A stretch of DNA of 64,000 nucleotides, taken from contig CAJWPC010000004.1 of assembly GCA_913045225.1 (NCBI GenBank), positions 148,821 to 212,820 of the forward strand. Reading direction: 5' to 3'. The notes beneath the pieces are model-generated. The model was given only the letters and a program-made list of their open reading frames with translations, ran no database searches and was not told where the DNA came from. Of this stretch, positions 1 through 11,049 are shown in pieces (position 1 is the first letter of the stretch; every line of letters starts with the position of its first letter). This stretch comes from an uncultured Rhodobiaceae bacterium. Lineage in GTDB: Bacteria > Pseudomonadota > Alphaproteobacteria > Rhizobiales > TMED25. Made by a program: the position numbers and the translations under genes.

Positions 1-873
1 AAGTCTAATTTTTTTATTAAGAATATCAAACCACAGCTGTCTGCGTTTAGCCTCTGATAAACCTGAGTGCCATTCCCCAACTTGATTTTTAAATCGACTT
101 CTAAAAATTTTTAAAAACTCCTGTGTTAAAGTTATTTCAGGTAGCATAATTAAAACTTGCTTTCCCTCCTTTAATATTCTGGTTGCCGCCTCGAGGTATA
201 GCTCCGTTTTGCCAGATCCAGTTATTCCGTCAATTAACGTAACTTTCTGTTGCTTGAGAGAAGTACTAATCTTCTCCATCGCATAATTTTGCTCTTGGGT
301 AAAATCAATATTCGTTTCGAGATAAATCTTTTCTTCTACCTCTACAAATGACTCTGACTCTTTCAATATACCATTTCTAATCATTCTTTTTATTATGTCA
401 TTTGAGAGACCTGAGATTGAGATGATTCTATTTCTCTCTAGTGTTTCATGCACTCGCAGTAGTTCAATCACCGTCTCTTGTTTTTGTGTTATTTTTGACG
501 TATGTAAAGGATTAAGCGTGTAATAAATTTTTTTCTTTCCTTGCTTTTCAAAGAATTGTTTTTTAAATGATGCTTTAAGAGCAAGCCCGAGTGGGACCAT
601 ATAATACGTCGAAACCCAGTTTAAAAAACTTAACAAGTCTGTAGGCAGAGAAATGCAATCATCCCCTATTTTTTTGCTAATTATCGGCTTAATTTTCTCT
701 CTATCAAAATTTGTTAAATGCTCATCTTGAGACCATACGACCCCATATAGCTCGCGATTTCTGAATGAAACTTTTACGATGGTGCCGATCTCTAGGGCCT
801 CAGTATATGAGTAAGTGAACGGATAATTTATATTTATTGGTAAAAGTACTGACAAGAGATGAGGATGTTTCAT
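1..873 (-). CDS. priA: primosomal protein N' (5' part; runs off window start)
   Basis: Not in the ORF track. Read manually from ATG at 873: MKHPHLLSVLLPININYPFTY..., with Walker A IDGITGSGKTELY near 195-235. Sits next to tal/xerC as in Rhizobiales. Confidence 0.9.
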   Translation of the reverse strand, partial: MKHPHLLSVLLPININYPFTYSYTEALEIGTIVKVSFRNRELYGVVWSQDEHLTNFDREKIKPIISKKIGDDCISLPTDLLSFLNWVSTYYMVPLGLALKASFKKQFFEKQGKKKIYYTLNPLHTSKITQKQETVIELLRVHETLERNRIISISGLSNDIIKRMIRNGILKESESFVEVEEKIYLETNIDFTQEQNYAMEKISTSLKQQKVTLIDGITGSGKTELYLEAATRILKEGKQVLIMLPEITLTQEFLKIFRSRFKNQVGEWHSGLSEAKRRQLWFDILNKKIRL

Positions 874-1010
874 TTAACAAGGATATTTTTATGAATATTT
901 AACTAAGTTATAATAATTATAAAATACTATTGGTAAGTCTACGTAAATTTGATAAGTTTGTCATTTGGTTTATATAGATATTTCTGATATTTAACCTGGT
1001 TGGAGATAAT

Positions 1011-1667
1011 ATGAAATTTTTTGTCGATACTGCTGAAATAAAAGAAATAAGAGAACTTTCAGAGATGAACCTAGTTGATGGAGTTACTACAAATCCATCA
1101 TTGATTGCAAAATCAGGTAATGATATTAAAGAAACAATAAAAAATATCTGTGAAATAGTGCCAGGTCCAGTTAGTGCTGAAGTTACCGCGACTGACATAA
1201 ACGGAATGATCGAAGAGGGAAAGATCCTTCACGGCTTAGCACGAAATGTTGTTGTCAAGATTCCACTAACATGGGAGGGTCTCGATGCATGTAATAAATT
1301 TACTGAGTTAAATATCCCCACCAATGTTACACTTTGTTTTTCTGCTCCCCAAGCATTACTTGCAGCAAAGGCAGGCGCAACTTACGTATCCCCATTTATT
1401 GGTAGGCTTGATGATACAGGTATAAACGGAGTCGATCTTATTGGCGAAATTAGAGCGATTTATGACAACTATGACGATCTCAATACCATGATTTTAGCGG
1501 CATCCATTAGAAATATCAATCATGTTAAACAGGTTGCGATGATTGGAGCCGATGTTGCAACAATACCTCCAAAAATATTAAAGGAACTAGTGAAGCATCC
1601 ACTCACTGATATTGGCTTATCAAACTTTTTAAATGATTGGGCTTCAACGGGTCAAAAGATAAGATAG
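1011..1667 (+). CDS. tal: transaldolase / fructose-6-phosphate aldolase family
   Basis: [20 protein letters not shown] (Schiff-base Lys), [13 protein letters not shown]; GGAG RBS upstream. Confidence 0.93.
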   Translation: MKFFVDTAEIKEIRELSEMNLVDGVTTNPSLIAKSGNDIKETIKNICEIVPGPVSAEVTATDINGMIEEGKILHGLARNVVVKIPLTWEGLDACNKFTELNIPTNVTLCFSAPQALLAAKAGATYVSPFIGRLDDTGINGVDLIGEIRAIYDNYDDLNTMILAASIRNINHVKQVAMIGADVATIPPKILKELVKHPLTDIGLSNFLNDWASTGQKIR

Positions 1668-1681
1668 ATTGCAACTAGCAC

Positions 1682-2677
1682 ATGAGTAATATTTTCAAGA
1701 TAGAACTAGCTAAAGATGACTTAAATCAGGCGTTGAATACTTGGATAAGCCACTTAAAAAATGAGAAAAGAGTATCATCACATACAGTCGACGCTTACTA
1801 CAGAGATATTAACTCATTCATACATTTCTTAATTGAGCACATAGGGGGACCTTTGTCGTTGCGAAATCTTGAGACTCTTATTGCCACAGATTTCAGAGCT
1901 TTCATGGCTAGAAAAAAAAGGGATGGAAATAGTACAAGAACGATTGCAAGATTGATGTCGAGCATAAGATCTCTTTTCGAATATTTTGAAAAAATTGAAA
2001 TTATAAAAAATAATGCGATAAATAATATTAGAATGCCGAAGTTACCACAAAGTATTCCAAAACCCCTTACGTATGAGCAGGCAAAAGATCTGATCATTGA
2101 CACACAAAATCCTGATATTAATGAGAAGTCTCCAGATTGGGTCCAAATTAGAAATAAATGTATTTTTCTTCTGCTGTATGGATGTGGCCTAAGAATAAGC
2201 GAGGCTCTGGAGTTAAATATAAAAGATGCACCCATTGAAGAATGGCAGGATACTATCCGAGTGAGAGGAAAGGGGAATAAATATCGAGAAGTTCCGTTGT
2301 TGTCTGATATAAAAGAAAATATAAAGAAATATATAGAACTATATCCAAAGAAATATAATTTTGATGACCCTTTATTTATCGGGATAAGAGGAGATAGGCT
2401 AAGTCCCCGCATTGTGCAAATAATCATGCAAAAAATGAGAGCTAGCCTTAATTTACCTGAAAATGCGACGCCACACTCTTTGAGGCATTCATATGCAACA
2501 CACCTACTACAAGCAGGAGTCGACCTTCGTTCTATACAAGAGTTACTTGGTCATGCAAGTTTGTCTACAACACAGATGTATACAAAGGTAAATCAGAAGC
2601 AATTACTCGATGTCCACCAAAAAGCTCATCCTAGAAATAAGGCACGTCATCTCAAACTAGTCTCTGATAACTCGTAA
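1682..2677 (+). CDS. xerC: tyrosine recombinase XerC
   Basis: Catalytic R (GLRISE), K (GKGNK), HSLRH, LGHASL, Y (TQMYT); core context beside tal/priA. Confidence 0.88.
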   Translation: MSNIFKIELAKDDLNQALNTWISHLKNEKRVSSHTVDAYYRDINSFIHFLIEHIGGPLSLRNLETLIATDFRAFMARKKRDGNSTRTIARLMSSIRSLFEYFEKIEIIKNNAINNIRMPKLPQSIPKPLTYEQAKDLIIDTQNPDINEKSPDWVQIRNKCIFLLLYGCGLRISEALELNIKDAPIEEWQDTIRVRGKGNKYREVPLLSDIKENIKKYIELYPKKYNFDDPLFIGIRGDRLSPRIVQIIMQKMRASLNLPENATPHSLRHSYATHLLQAGVDLRSIQELLGHASLSTTQMYTKVNQKQLLDVHQKAHPRNKARHLKLVSDNS

Positions 2678-3547
2678 TTATTTGATATTTTTGAGGGTCG
2701 ATCCGAGCATTGCGGGTGAACTTGACATAACAATTCCAGCGCTTTTCATTGCATCTATTTTCGTTTCTGCGGAGCCTGAATTACCATCTACAATGGCGCC
2801 AGCATGGCCCATACGCCTTCCAGGAGGGGCTGTAAGACCTGCAATAAATCCAATAATGGGTTTACCTTTTTTGTTTTTTCTTATAAATTCAGCTGCTTCC
2901 TCTTCCGCTGATCCACCAATTTCACCAATCATAATTATTGCCTCTGTCTTCGGGTCAGAATAAAACCTATCAATAACTTCGATGAAGTCTATCCCTTTTA
3001 TTGGGTCACCTCCTATACCAACACAAGTCGACTGTCCATAACCTACAGCTGTAGTTTGTGCAACAGCCTCATAAGTAAGTGTTCCAGAGCGAGAGACAAT
3101 ACCAATTGAACCAGCACGGTGTATATGCCCTGGCATGATCCCGATCTTACACTCTCCGGGCGTTATAATTCCAGGACAATTAGGGCCCACTAGAATAGAA
3201 TTTGACTTATTGAGAACTGCTCTCACCTCCAGCATATCGAGAACAGGTATGCCTTCTGTGATGCAGACAATAATTTCTATCTCAGCACCTATTGCTTCAA
3301 TTATTGCCGCGGCAGCAAATTGTGGTGGAACATAAATTACAGACGCATTTGCACCTGTGCTCGTAACGGCATCAACGACATTATCGAAAATCGGAAGATT
3401 TAAATGCTCAGCACCACCTTTACCTGGAGTTACCCCACCAACTAACTGCGTTCCATATTCAATTGCTTGTTGTGAGTGGAATGTTCCGTGCTTACCAGTA
3501 AATCCCTGGCAAATAACTTTTGTATTATTATTTACTAAGATGGACAT
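2678..3547 (-). CDS. sucD: succinyl-CoA ligase alpha subunit
   Basis: [33 protein letters not shown] phospho-His motif. Confidence 0.97.
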   Translation of the reverse strand: MSILVNNNTKVICQGFTGKHGTFHSQQAIEYGTQLVGGVTPGKGGAEHLNLPIFDNVVDAVTSTGANASVIYVPPQFAAAAIIEAIGAEIEIIVCITEGIPVLDMLEVRAVLNKSNSILVGPNCPGIITPGECKIGIMPGHIHRAGSIGIVSRSGTLTYEAVAQTTAVGYGQSTCVGIGGDPIKGIDFIEVIDRFYSDPKTEAIIMIGEIGGSAEEEAAEFIRKNKKGKPIIGFIAGLTAPPGRRMGHAGAIVDGNSGSAETKIDAMKSAGIVMSSSPAMLGSTLKNIK

Positions 3548-3553
3548 TATTCA

Positions 3554-4723
3554 TCATACCTTTGATACTGCATCAACTATCTTTTTGGCAGCCTCGTCTA
3601 AATCATTTGCGGATATAATATTCAAACCAGACTCTTTCAGATATTTTTTACCTAAATCCACATTGGTACCCTCCAATCTCACAACCAATGGTATAGATAA
3701 ATTTAGCTCGCTTGCAGTCTCTATTATTCCTTGTGCAATTATTTCGCAGCGCATTATTCCGCCGAATATATTAACAAGTATTCCCTTCACATTTTTATCA
3801 CTTAGGATAATTTTAAATGCATTCATAACTTGCTCTTTGGTAGCGCCGCCGCCCACATCTAAAAAATTTGCTGGCTCCTCTCCATATAACTTTATAATAT
3901 CCATTGTTGCCATTGCCAAACCTGCACCATTTACCATGCAGCCAATTGTACCATCAAGCTTTACGTAACTTAATCCGTGATTTGAAGCCTCAATTTCTAG
4001 GGGATCTTCCTCCTCAGGATCTCTCAAGCTCAAAATATCTTGATGTCGAAAAAGAGCATTTGAATCAAAATTCATTTTTGCATCTAGGCAGATCAAATGA
4101 CCTTCAGTGGATAAGACAAAGGGATTAATTTCAATTAGACTCGCATCTTTTTCTACAAATAATAAAAGTAAATTATTTAAAACAGCCGTTAATTTTCCTT
4201 TGTGTGCAGTATCAAGGTTTAAAATCCTCAAAACTTCATCAATGTTTTCACTATTGAGTTCCGTTCTGGATGCGTCCAGATATATTTTAGCTATCTTTTC
4301 TGGATTTTTATCAGCAACCTCTTCAATGTCCATTCCTCCCTCTGATGAAGCTATCAGACATATTGCTTTAGTCTTCCTATCAATTAGATAGGATAAATAA
4401 AATTCTCTATCAATGTTGCAGCCATCTTCTATATATACCCTTTTTACTACTTTACCGTCGGGTCCAGTTTGGTTTGTTACAAGTTTCATCCCTAACATTT
4501 TATTAAAAGCTAATTTTACCTCATCAAAATTATCAACAACCTTAACGCCGCCGCCTTTGCCCCTACCACCAGCATGAATCTGAGCTTTTACAACCCACTT
4601 TGGGCCCTGAAGGATATCAATATGTTCATCTAATTCTTTGGAATTAAAAGCTGTAAACCCATTTAATACGGGTACTTTATACTCTCTTAAAAGCTGTTTT
4701 GCTTGATGTTCATGTATATTCAT
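3554..4723 (-). CDS. sucC: succinyl-CoA ligase beta subunit
   Basis: MNIHEHQAK, KAQIHAGGRGKGGGV, NGAGLAMATMD, NFLDVGGGA. Confidence 0.97.
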   Translation of the reverse strand: MNIHEHQAKQLLREYKVPVLNGFTAFNSKELDEHIDILQGPKWVVKAQIHAGGRGKGGGVKVVDNFDEVKLAFNKMLGMKLVTNQTGPDGKVVKRVYIEDGCNIDREFYLSYLIDRKTKAICLIASSEGGMDIEEVADKNPEKIAKIYLDASRTELNSENIDEVLRILNLDTAHKGKLTAVLNNLLLLFVEKDASLIEINPFVLSTEGHLICLDAKMNFDSNALFRHQDILSLRDPEEEDPLEIEASNHGLSYVKLDGTIGCMVNGAGLAMATMDIIKLYGEEPANFLDVGGGATKEQVMNAFKIILSDKNVKGILVNIFGGIMRCEIIAQGIIETASELNLSIPLVVRLEGTNVDLGKKYLKESGLNIISANDLDEAAKKIVDAVSKV

Positions 4724-4750
4724 TAAAAATTACTTATTTCAATATGAAAA

Positions 4751-5737
<987 letters not shown>

Positions 5738-6847
5738 TTATTCTGAAATTATACTATCCAAATAGTCTGACGATTGCATTTCTTCCAAACGTGATACAGT
5801 TCTCTGAAAGATATTAGCATCTTTTCCGCCAATCAAAATATCTTTTGGATGGGTCTCTGCTAATATAAACAATATCTTTTTATTTTCATAAAATGTATCT
5901 ATCAAATTTATAAACCTTTTTGTTTCGTTTCTTTTTTTCGAGTCCAATTTCGGCACATTTGAAATAAAGATAATATTATAGTTATTAGATATTGCGAGGT
6001 AATCAGCAACCCCAAGAGGTTTTACGCATAATTCGTCAAATGAGAAGTTTGCGAACTTTCCTGCAGACACTGAGACTTCTATCTCCCTTCCCTTTAGGGG
6101 TATAGACCTACTTGTAACTTCTATACTACCAATTAGGTTTTGCCAAGCCTCATGAAAATTTTTTTTATTTTGTCCATTGATTGGGGAAAAATATACTCTT
6201 TTATTTTTAATTCTATCTATCCTGTAATCTTTCTCAGCTTGAAGATTATAAATTTCCATATTCTCTTCTAATTTATCGATGAAAGGAATAAATGTATCCC
6301 TATTCAATCCCTCTGAGTATAAATTCCTTGGATGAATATTTGATGTTGCAATAATTAATATACCCATTTCAAATAAAATCTTGAATAGCCTACCCAATAT
6401 CATTGCGTCAGCAATATCTTCTACTTGAAATTCATCAAAGCAGAGGAGTTTACAATCTTTTTCTATTAATTTAGCAACCATCAAAACAGGATCACTATCA
6501 CCATTTCTTGATACCCCGTTTTTTTTTCTCCAAATAAAGATTTGCTCATGAACCTCATTCATGAATTCATTGAAATGAACCCGCCTCTTTTGCGAAATAT
6601 CAATATTATTGTAAAATAGATCCATTATCATGGATTTACCACGTCCCACTTGACCGTATATATACATCCCGAGAGGTCTATTCATTTTCTTATTGATGAT
6701 TCTTTTTAGTAGAGACTGCTTAGTATAAGCTATAAATTCTTCGCTTTTCTCTGCGAGAATATTTATTAATTCATATTGTTTTTGATCAAATTGAATTTCT
6801 TTGTCTTTTACCAGTTGCTCAAATTTATCACTAATGGTTAAATTCAT
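5738..6847 (-). CDS. zapE: AFG1/ZapE family ATPase
   Basis: YGQVGRGKS Walker A, CFDEFQVEDIADAM, FQRTVSRLEEM; conserved position upstream of mdh. Confidence 0.93.
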   Translation of the reverse strand: MNLTISDKFEQLVKDKEIQFDQKQYELINILAEKSEEFIAYTKQSLLKRIINKKMNRPLGMYIYGQVGRGKSMIMDLFYNNIDISQKRRVHFNEFMNEVHEQIFIWRKKNGVSRNGDSDPVLMVAKLIEKDCKLLCFDEFQVEDIADAMILGRLFKILFEMGILIIATSNIHPRNLYSEGLNRDTFIPFIDKLEENMEIYNLQAEKDYRIDRIKNKRVYFSPINGQNKKNFHEAWQNLIGSIEVTSRSIPLKGREIEVSVSAGKFANFSFDELCVKPLGVADYLAISNNYNIIFISNVPKLDSKKRNETKRFINLIDTFYENKKILFILAETHPKDILIGGKDANIFQRTVSRLEEMQSSDYLDSIISE

Positions 6848-6927
6848 AATTCAATATACAGTTTTATTCTAGAATTAAGATAAGCACGTATGTGTTAATT
6901 TTATATGATAATCATGATGTCGAGGCA

Positions 6928-6957
6928 ATAAAAAAGGGCTATTAAATAGCCCTTTTA
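6928..6957 (-). terminator. intrinsic terminator hairpin, probably bidirectional
   Basis: Inverted repeat AAAAGGGCTAT-taa-ATAGCCCTTTT (6932-6956) flanked by A/T tracts, ~25 bp downstream of the 73-aa ORF. Confidence 0.75.
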
Positions 6958-6980
6958 TATTTGCATATTTTTATAAAAGA

Positions 6981-7202
6981 TTAGTTAAACGATTGACCGT
7001 AAGTTGCAAACTCGTCAAGCAATTCAATCTCTACAGTTTTACTACCAATTTCAATCGGTCCTTCCACCTGATTTGTTCTCATGAGCTCGCCACCTGTACC
7101 TGAGTCAGCAGACCTATCTGTACCAGCTTGTTGCATAACAAAATATCCAAGCACAGCTACGGCAACAACTACAATAACTCCTATTACTAACTTGTTATTC
7201 AT
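6981..7202 (-). CDS. small single-pass membrane or secreted hypothetical protein (73 aa)
   Basis: Strong RBS AAGGAAGG, N-terminal hydrophobic helix LVIGVIVVVAVAVLGYFV, followed by a terminator. Confidence 0.75.
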   Translation of the reverse strand: MNNKLVIGVIVVVAVAVLGYFVMQQAGTDRSADSGTGGELMRTNQVEGPIEIGSKTVEIELLDEFATYGQSFN

Positions 7203-7286
7203 GGTAACCTTCCTTATTTTACATTCAACTACATCAACACTATAAAATAAGATTACAATAACTTTACAAAAAATTCAATTCAATTT

Positions 7287-7823
7287 CTAATATTTGAAAT
7301 TATCTGTTACATCATTTAAATCTGTTTTGTACGCAACGGATCTTCGCACGTAACTCTTTTGTGCTCTTTCCATCATAGCTTTATGTTTTTCCTGAACTTC
7401 ACCAATTATTTTTCCGGGCGCGCCGAGCACAATTGAGTTATCTGGAATCTCTTTATTTTCCGCAATAAAAGAATTTGCCCCTATCAAACAACCTTTCCCA
7501 ATTTTTGCCCCATTGAGAATAATTGATCCAATTCCCACCAGTGAACCGTCACCAATTGTACATCCATGTATCATAGCCATGTGACCCACAGTAACATTTT
7601 GCCCAATATATAAACCAAAGCCTGGGTCAGTATGAGCTACAGATCCATCTTGTATATTTGAGCCTTTACCTACATGTATTTTTTCATTATCACCCCTCAA
7701 TACAGCATTCCACCAGATACTCGTCTCCTCCTCTAAGATGACACTACCAATTATCACAGCGTTTGGCGCAACCCAGCTTTTATTGTCAATCTGAGGCAGT
7801 TTATTTTGATATTCATAAATCAT
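7287..7823 (-). CDS. gamma carbonic anhydrase family (hexapeptide-repeat) protein
   Basis: LRGD, NIQDGSVAH, TVGHMAMIHGC Zn-binding His pattern. Confidence 0.9.
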   Translation of the reverse strand: MIYEYQNKLPQIDNKSWVAPNAVIIGSVILEEETSIWWNAVLRGDNEKIHVGKGSNIQDGSVAHTDPGFGLYIGQNVTVGHMAMIHGCTIGDGSLVGIGSIILNGAKIGKGCLIGANSFIAENKEIPDNSIVLGAPGKIIGEVQEKHKAMMERAQKSYVRRSVAYKTDLNDVTDNFKY

Positions 7824-7824
7824 T

Positions 7825-9153
7825 TTAATCTCCAGTTTTCATCAATCTATTATCAATTATATGCAAGTATGAACCAAATACATTTTGATTTATTAAACCA
7901 TATTTTCTTTGAGCATCATTTTTGTCCAGACTTTCGAAAAGATGTTGTCCTGACTCTTTCATGATTGATGAATAATGGTATTCATGGCACATGTAAGCAT
8001 TCTCTTTGGCAAAACAGTTTGACTCTTTTACCTTAACTTCTCTATAGCCGAGACTTAATTTCCTCTTATTAAAGCTTGTGACTAAACTCAAAAGCCCCAA
8101 CATGGCATGCTCTTTGTTATCCTTATCAATAATTGACTTTCCTAAAACCATATAGCCACCACACTCTCCATAGATAAATTTTCTTTGTTTAGCTGCACTT
8201 TTCATAGAATTCATAAAGTTATTGCAATTTGCCAATTTTTCGCAATTTAACTCAGGGTAGCCCCCTGGGAGATATATACCGGTACAATTGACCGATGGAC
8301 CTTCATCATGCAGTGGAGAAAAAAAATCTACTTCACGCCCTTCCTTTGTCCATTGTCTTAATGTGTTATCATAGATAAAAGAAAAAGACGGGTCTTTTGC
8401 AATGGAAATTCTCTGACCGAGATCAATCGAAGCCTTACCTGACTCTCTAATTTTAGTTTCTTGATCGTCATCTACGATATTTGATAATTTGATGATCTCT
8501 TCAATGTCTATATATTTTTCTATTAGATTAGCTGCACAATTAATTAAATATTGGTAATTTTCAACATGCTCAGCTAAGAAAAGCCCTAAATGACGCCTGG
8601 GGAAAATTAAATCATCTGATTTCGGTAGATATCCTAAAACCTTTATTTTACTTTTCTCTAGCTCTTCATTTATCAAATTATAATGTCTTTCACTTGAGAT
8701 ATTATTTAAAATAACACCGATAAAATTAATTTCAGTATCGTAATTCATTATGCCCTTACATATTGCTGCTAAGGTTTGAGATTGACCGCTTGCATCAAGG
8801 ATAAGCAGAACAGGAATTTTAAATTTTTTTACAAACTCTGCAGTTGAAGATGACTGGTTTTTTGTGCCATCGAAGAGACCCATTACGCCTTCAATAATAT
8901 GAACATCATTCTTTTGAGTTGACTCATGAATAAGATACCTAATTTTTTCTTCGGTCATTGCCCAAGTATCATAATTATATACAGCTCTATTTGTTATATA
9001 TCTTGTATATGTTGGATCAATGTAATCGGGTCCAATTTTGCCCGCAGATACATTATAGCCGTTATTGATAAGGGATTTAATCAATGCTGACGTGAAAACC
9101 GTCTTCCCACTACCGGTCATCGAAGAAGAAATACATAGTTTAGTTGATGGCAT
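7825..9153 (-). CDS. cobB: cobyrinate a,c-diamide synthase
   Basis: GSGKT, GPDYID, EGVMGLFDG, RHLGL, GGYPE, ECGGY, HEYHYS. Confidence 0.93.
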   Translation of the reverse strand: MPSTKLCISSSMTGSGKTVFTSALIKSLINNGYNVSAGKIGPDYIDPTYTRYITNRAVYNYDTWAMTEEKIRYLIHESTQKNDVHIIEGVMGLFDGTKNQSSSTAEFVKKFKIPVLLILDASGQSQTLAAICKGIMNYDTEINFIGVILNNISSERHYNLINEELEKSKIKVLGYLPKSDDLIFPRRHLGLFLAEHVENYQYLINCAANLIEKYIDIEEIIKLSNIVDDDQETKIRESGKASIDLGQRISIAKDPSFSFIYDNTLRQWTKEGREVDFFSPLHDEGPSVNCTGIYLPGGYPELNCEKLANCNNFMNSMKSAAKQRKFIYGECGGYMVLGKSIIDKDNKEHAMLGLLSLVTSFNKRKLSLGYREVKVKESNCFAKENAYMCHEYHYSSIMKESGQHLFESLDKNDAQRKYGLINQNVFGSYLHIIDNRLMKTGD

Positions 9154-9934
9154 CTTTTATAACATTTTGAATTAATTTTGATCTTAATCCAACGACGGGA
9201 CCAAGAACAACAATTGCAGGCGCCTTAATTTGATTTTTTTCAATATCACTATTTATATTAATCAAGTTTGACTCAAGTATTCTTTCAGATGGTAGTGTTG
9301 CATCTTGTATTACCGCGACACAATCTTGAGATGACCTGCCTTCCTTTATCAGTCTTTGGGCAATTATAGGTAAGTGTTTTATTGCCATATACATGACAAC
9401 AACAGGAATCTTTGCAACAGCCTGCCAATTAATATCGTCTGGCATCTCACCATTTGTATTATGACCTGTTAAAAATAAGATAGAAGAGTTTGTATTTCTT
9501 GATGTCGCTGGAATTGAAGCTGAAGCCATTCCTCCGATGGATGATGTAATACCAGGAATGACACGGTATGAAATATTATTTTCATTCAAAGTAAAAGATT
9601 CTTCAGCACCTCTCGCAAAAACAAATGGATCTCCTCCCTTTAACCTTAGCACCCTTTGACCATCTTTAGCGTGTTGAATTATAAGTTTGGAAATATCGGT
9701 TTGATTATGGGATGGTTTACCCCCTCTCTTTCCTGCATAAATTAGAGTAGCATCCTCTTTTGCAAATTTTAAAATTTCATTAGAAACTAGTGCGTCGTAT
9801 ATAATTACATCTGCTTTTGATAGTGCATACACCGCAAATATTGTTAATAATTTTACGTCTCCGGGACCCGCGCCGACGAGCCAGACCTCTCCGCTATTGA
9901 ATTCTGGTAATTTTAATTTATCGAATATTTGCAT
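9140..9934 (-). CDS. cobA: uroporphyrinogen-III C-methyltransferase
   Basis: VGAGPGD, YDALV, RLKGGDPFVFARGAEE. Confidence 0.93.
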   Translation of the reverse strand: MQIFDKLKLPEFNSGEVWLVGAGPGDVKLLTIFAVYALSKADVIIYDALVSNEILKFAKEDATLIYAGKRGGKPSHNQTDISKLIIQHAKDGQRVLRLKGGDPFVFARGAEESFTLNENNISYRVIPGITSSIGGMASASIPATSRNTNSSILFLTGHNTNGEMPDDINWQAVAKIPVVVMYMAIKHLPIIAQRLIKEGRSSQDCVAVIQDATLPSERILESNLININSDIEKNQIKAPAIVVLGPVVGLRSKLIQNVIKDAIN

Positions 9935-9963
9935 TTAAAAAAATTGAAATTATTATTATCTTT

Positions 9964-11049
9964 ATGTTACAGAAAAATCTACGTAGAGGATGGACAACCG
10001 GCGCGTGCGCAACAGCTGCTTCAAAAGCGGCATTCATAGGGCTTGTGACAGGTAAATGCCCCGATATAGTTACTATTAAATTACCCAATGGCCAATCCCC
10101 TAAATTTAATATAGCATATCAAGATGTAACTCAGCAATCAGTGAGTGCTGGAGTGATAAAGGATGCTGGGGACGATCCCGATGTTACCGACGGCTTACTC
10201 ATTATCTCGAAAATAGTTAAAAGGAATGATCAGAACGGTATTTATTTTAAGGCCGGTAATGGTGTCGGTACCGTAACACTCCCCGGATTACCCCTAGACG
10301 TTGGAGAGCCAGCAATAAATCCTGGACCTAGGAAGATGATTGAGGATAATTTGAAGAAATTATCCATTGCCAAGAATAATCTGAATGTAGATATTATTAT
10401 TGAGGTGCCAGAGGGCAAAGAGATTTCAAAACAAACATGGAATGAAAGACTTGGAATTATTAATGGTATTTCAATATTAGGTACAACCGGCATTGTTATT
10501 CCATTTTCCTGCTCTGCTTGGATTCACTCAATACATCGCGGCATTGATGTGGCAATCAAAACAAATACACTGCATATTGCAGCGTGTACGGGCTCAGTCT
10601 CTGAGAAAGCAGCAAAAAAAGAATATAACTTACCCCCCCAATCTATGATTGATATGGGTGATTTTGTGGGCGGTATGTTAAAGTATCTAAAAAAGAATAC
10701 TGTGCCAAGAGTTACAATCGCAGGAGGCTTTGCAAAATTATTAAAATTATCACAAGGCGAAATGGATTTACACTCAAGTAGGAGTCAGGTAAATTTAGAA
10801 AAACTCAGATCAGAGATCAAAAAATTAGACCCAAATAATTCTGATCATGTTGAACTCAGAAAAATTAGTACCGCTAACCAATGTTTGTCTATACTTGGTC
10901 CAAAAAAATATGAGCTGGCGAAGAATGTTGCGGTCGCTGCACAGGATGTGGTAGTTAAGTACCTCAAAAAAGATAGTGTCTCAATTGATATTATGATTGT
11001 TGATCGAACAGGGGATATTTTAGCGAAAATCGAGAGCAGAGATGCATAA
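9964..11049 (+). CDS. cbiD: cobalt-precorrin-5B C1-methyltransferase
   Basis: LRRGWTTGACATAA, KDAGDDPDVT, GISILGTTGIV, DLHS. Confidence 0.95.
   Translation: MLQKNLRRGWTTGACATAASKAAFIGLVTGKCPDIVTIKLPNGQSPKFNIAYQDVTQQSVSAGVIKDAGDDPDVTDGLLIISKIVKRNDQNGIYFKAGNGVGTVTLPGLPLDVGEPAINPGPRKMIEDNLKKLSIAKNNLNVDIIIEVPEGKEISKQTWNERLGIINGISILGTTGIVIPFSCSAWIHSIHRGIDVAIKTNTLHIAACTGSVSEKAAKKEYNLPPQSMIDMGDFVGGMLKYLKKNTVPRVTIAGGFAKLLKLSQGEMDLHSSRSQVNLEKLRSEIKKLDPNNSDHVELRKISTANQCLSILGPKKYELAKNVAVAAQDVVVKYLKKDSVSIDIMIVDRTGDILAKIESRDA

Noticed and set aside
1798-2427. 209-aa antisense ORF, and similar ones such as 3357-3968, 15130-15588 and 55570-55989
   Set aside because: All lie opposite well-supported genes and show no motifs; typical shadow ORFs
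1682-2677. Tyrosine recombinase as a phage or island integrase
   Set aside because: XerC-like size and motifs in the conserved tal/priA core context; no att site, tRNA or phage genes nearby
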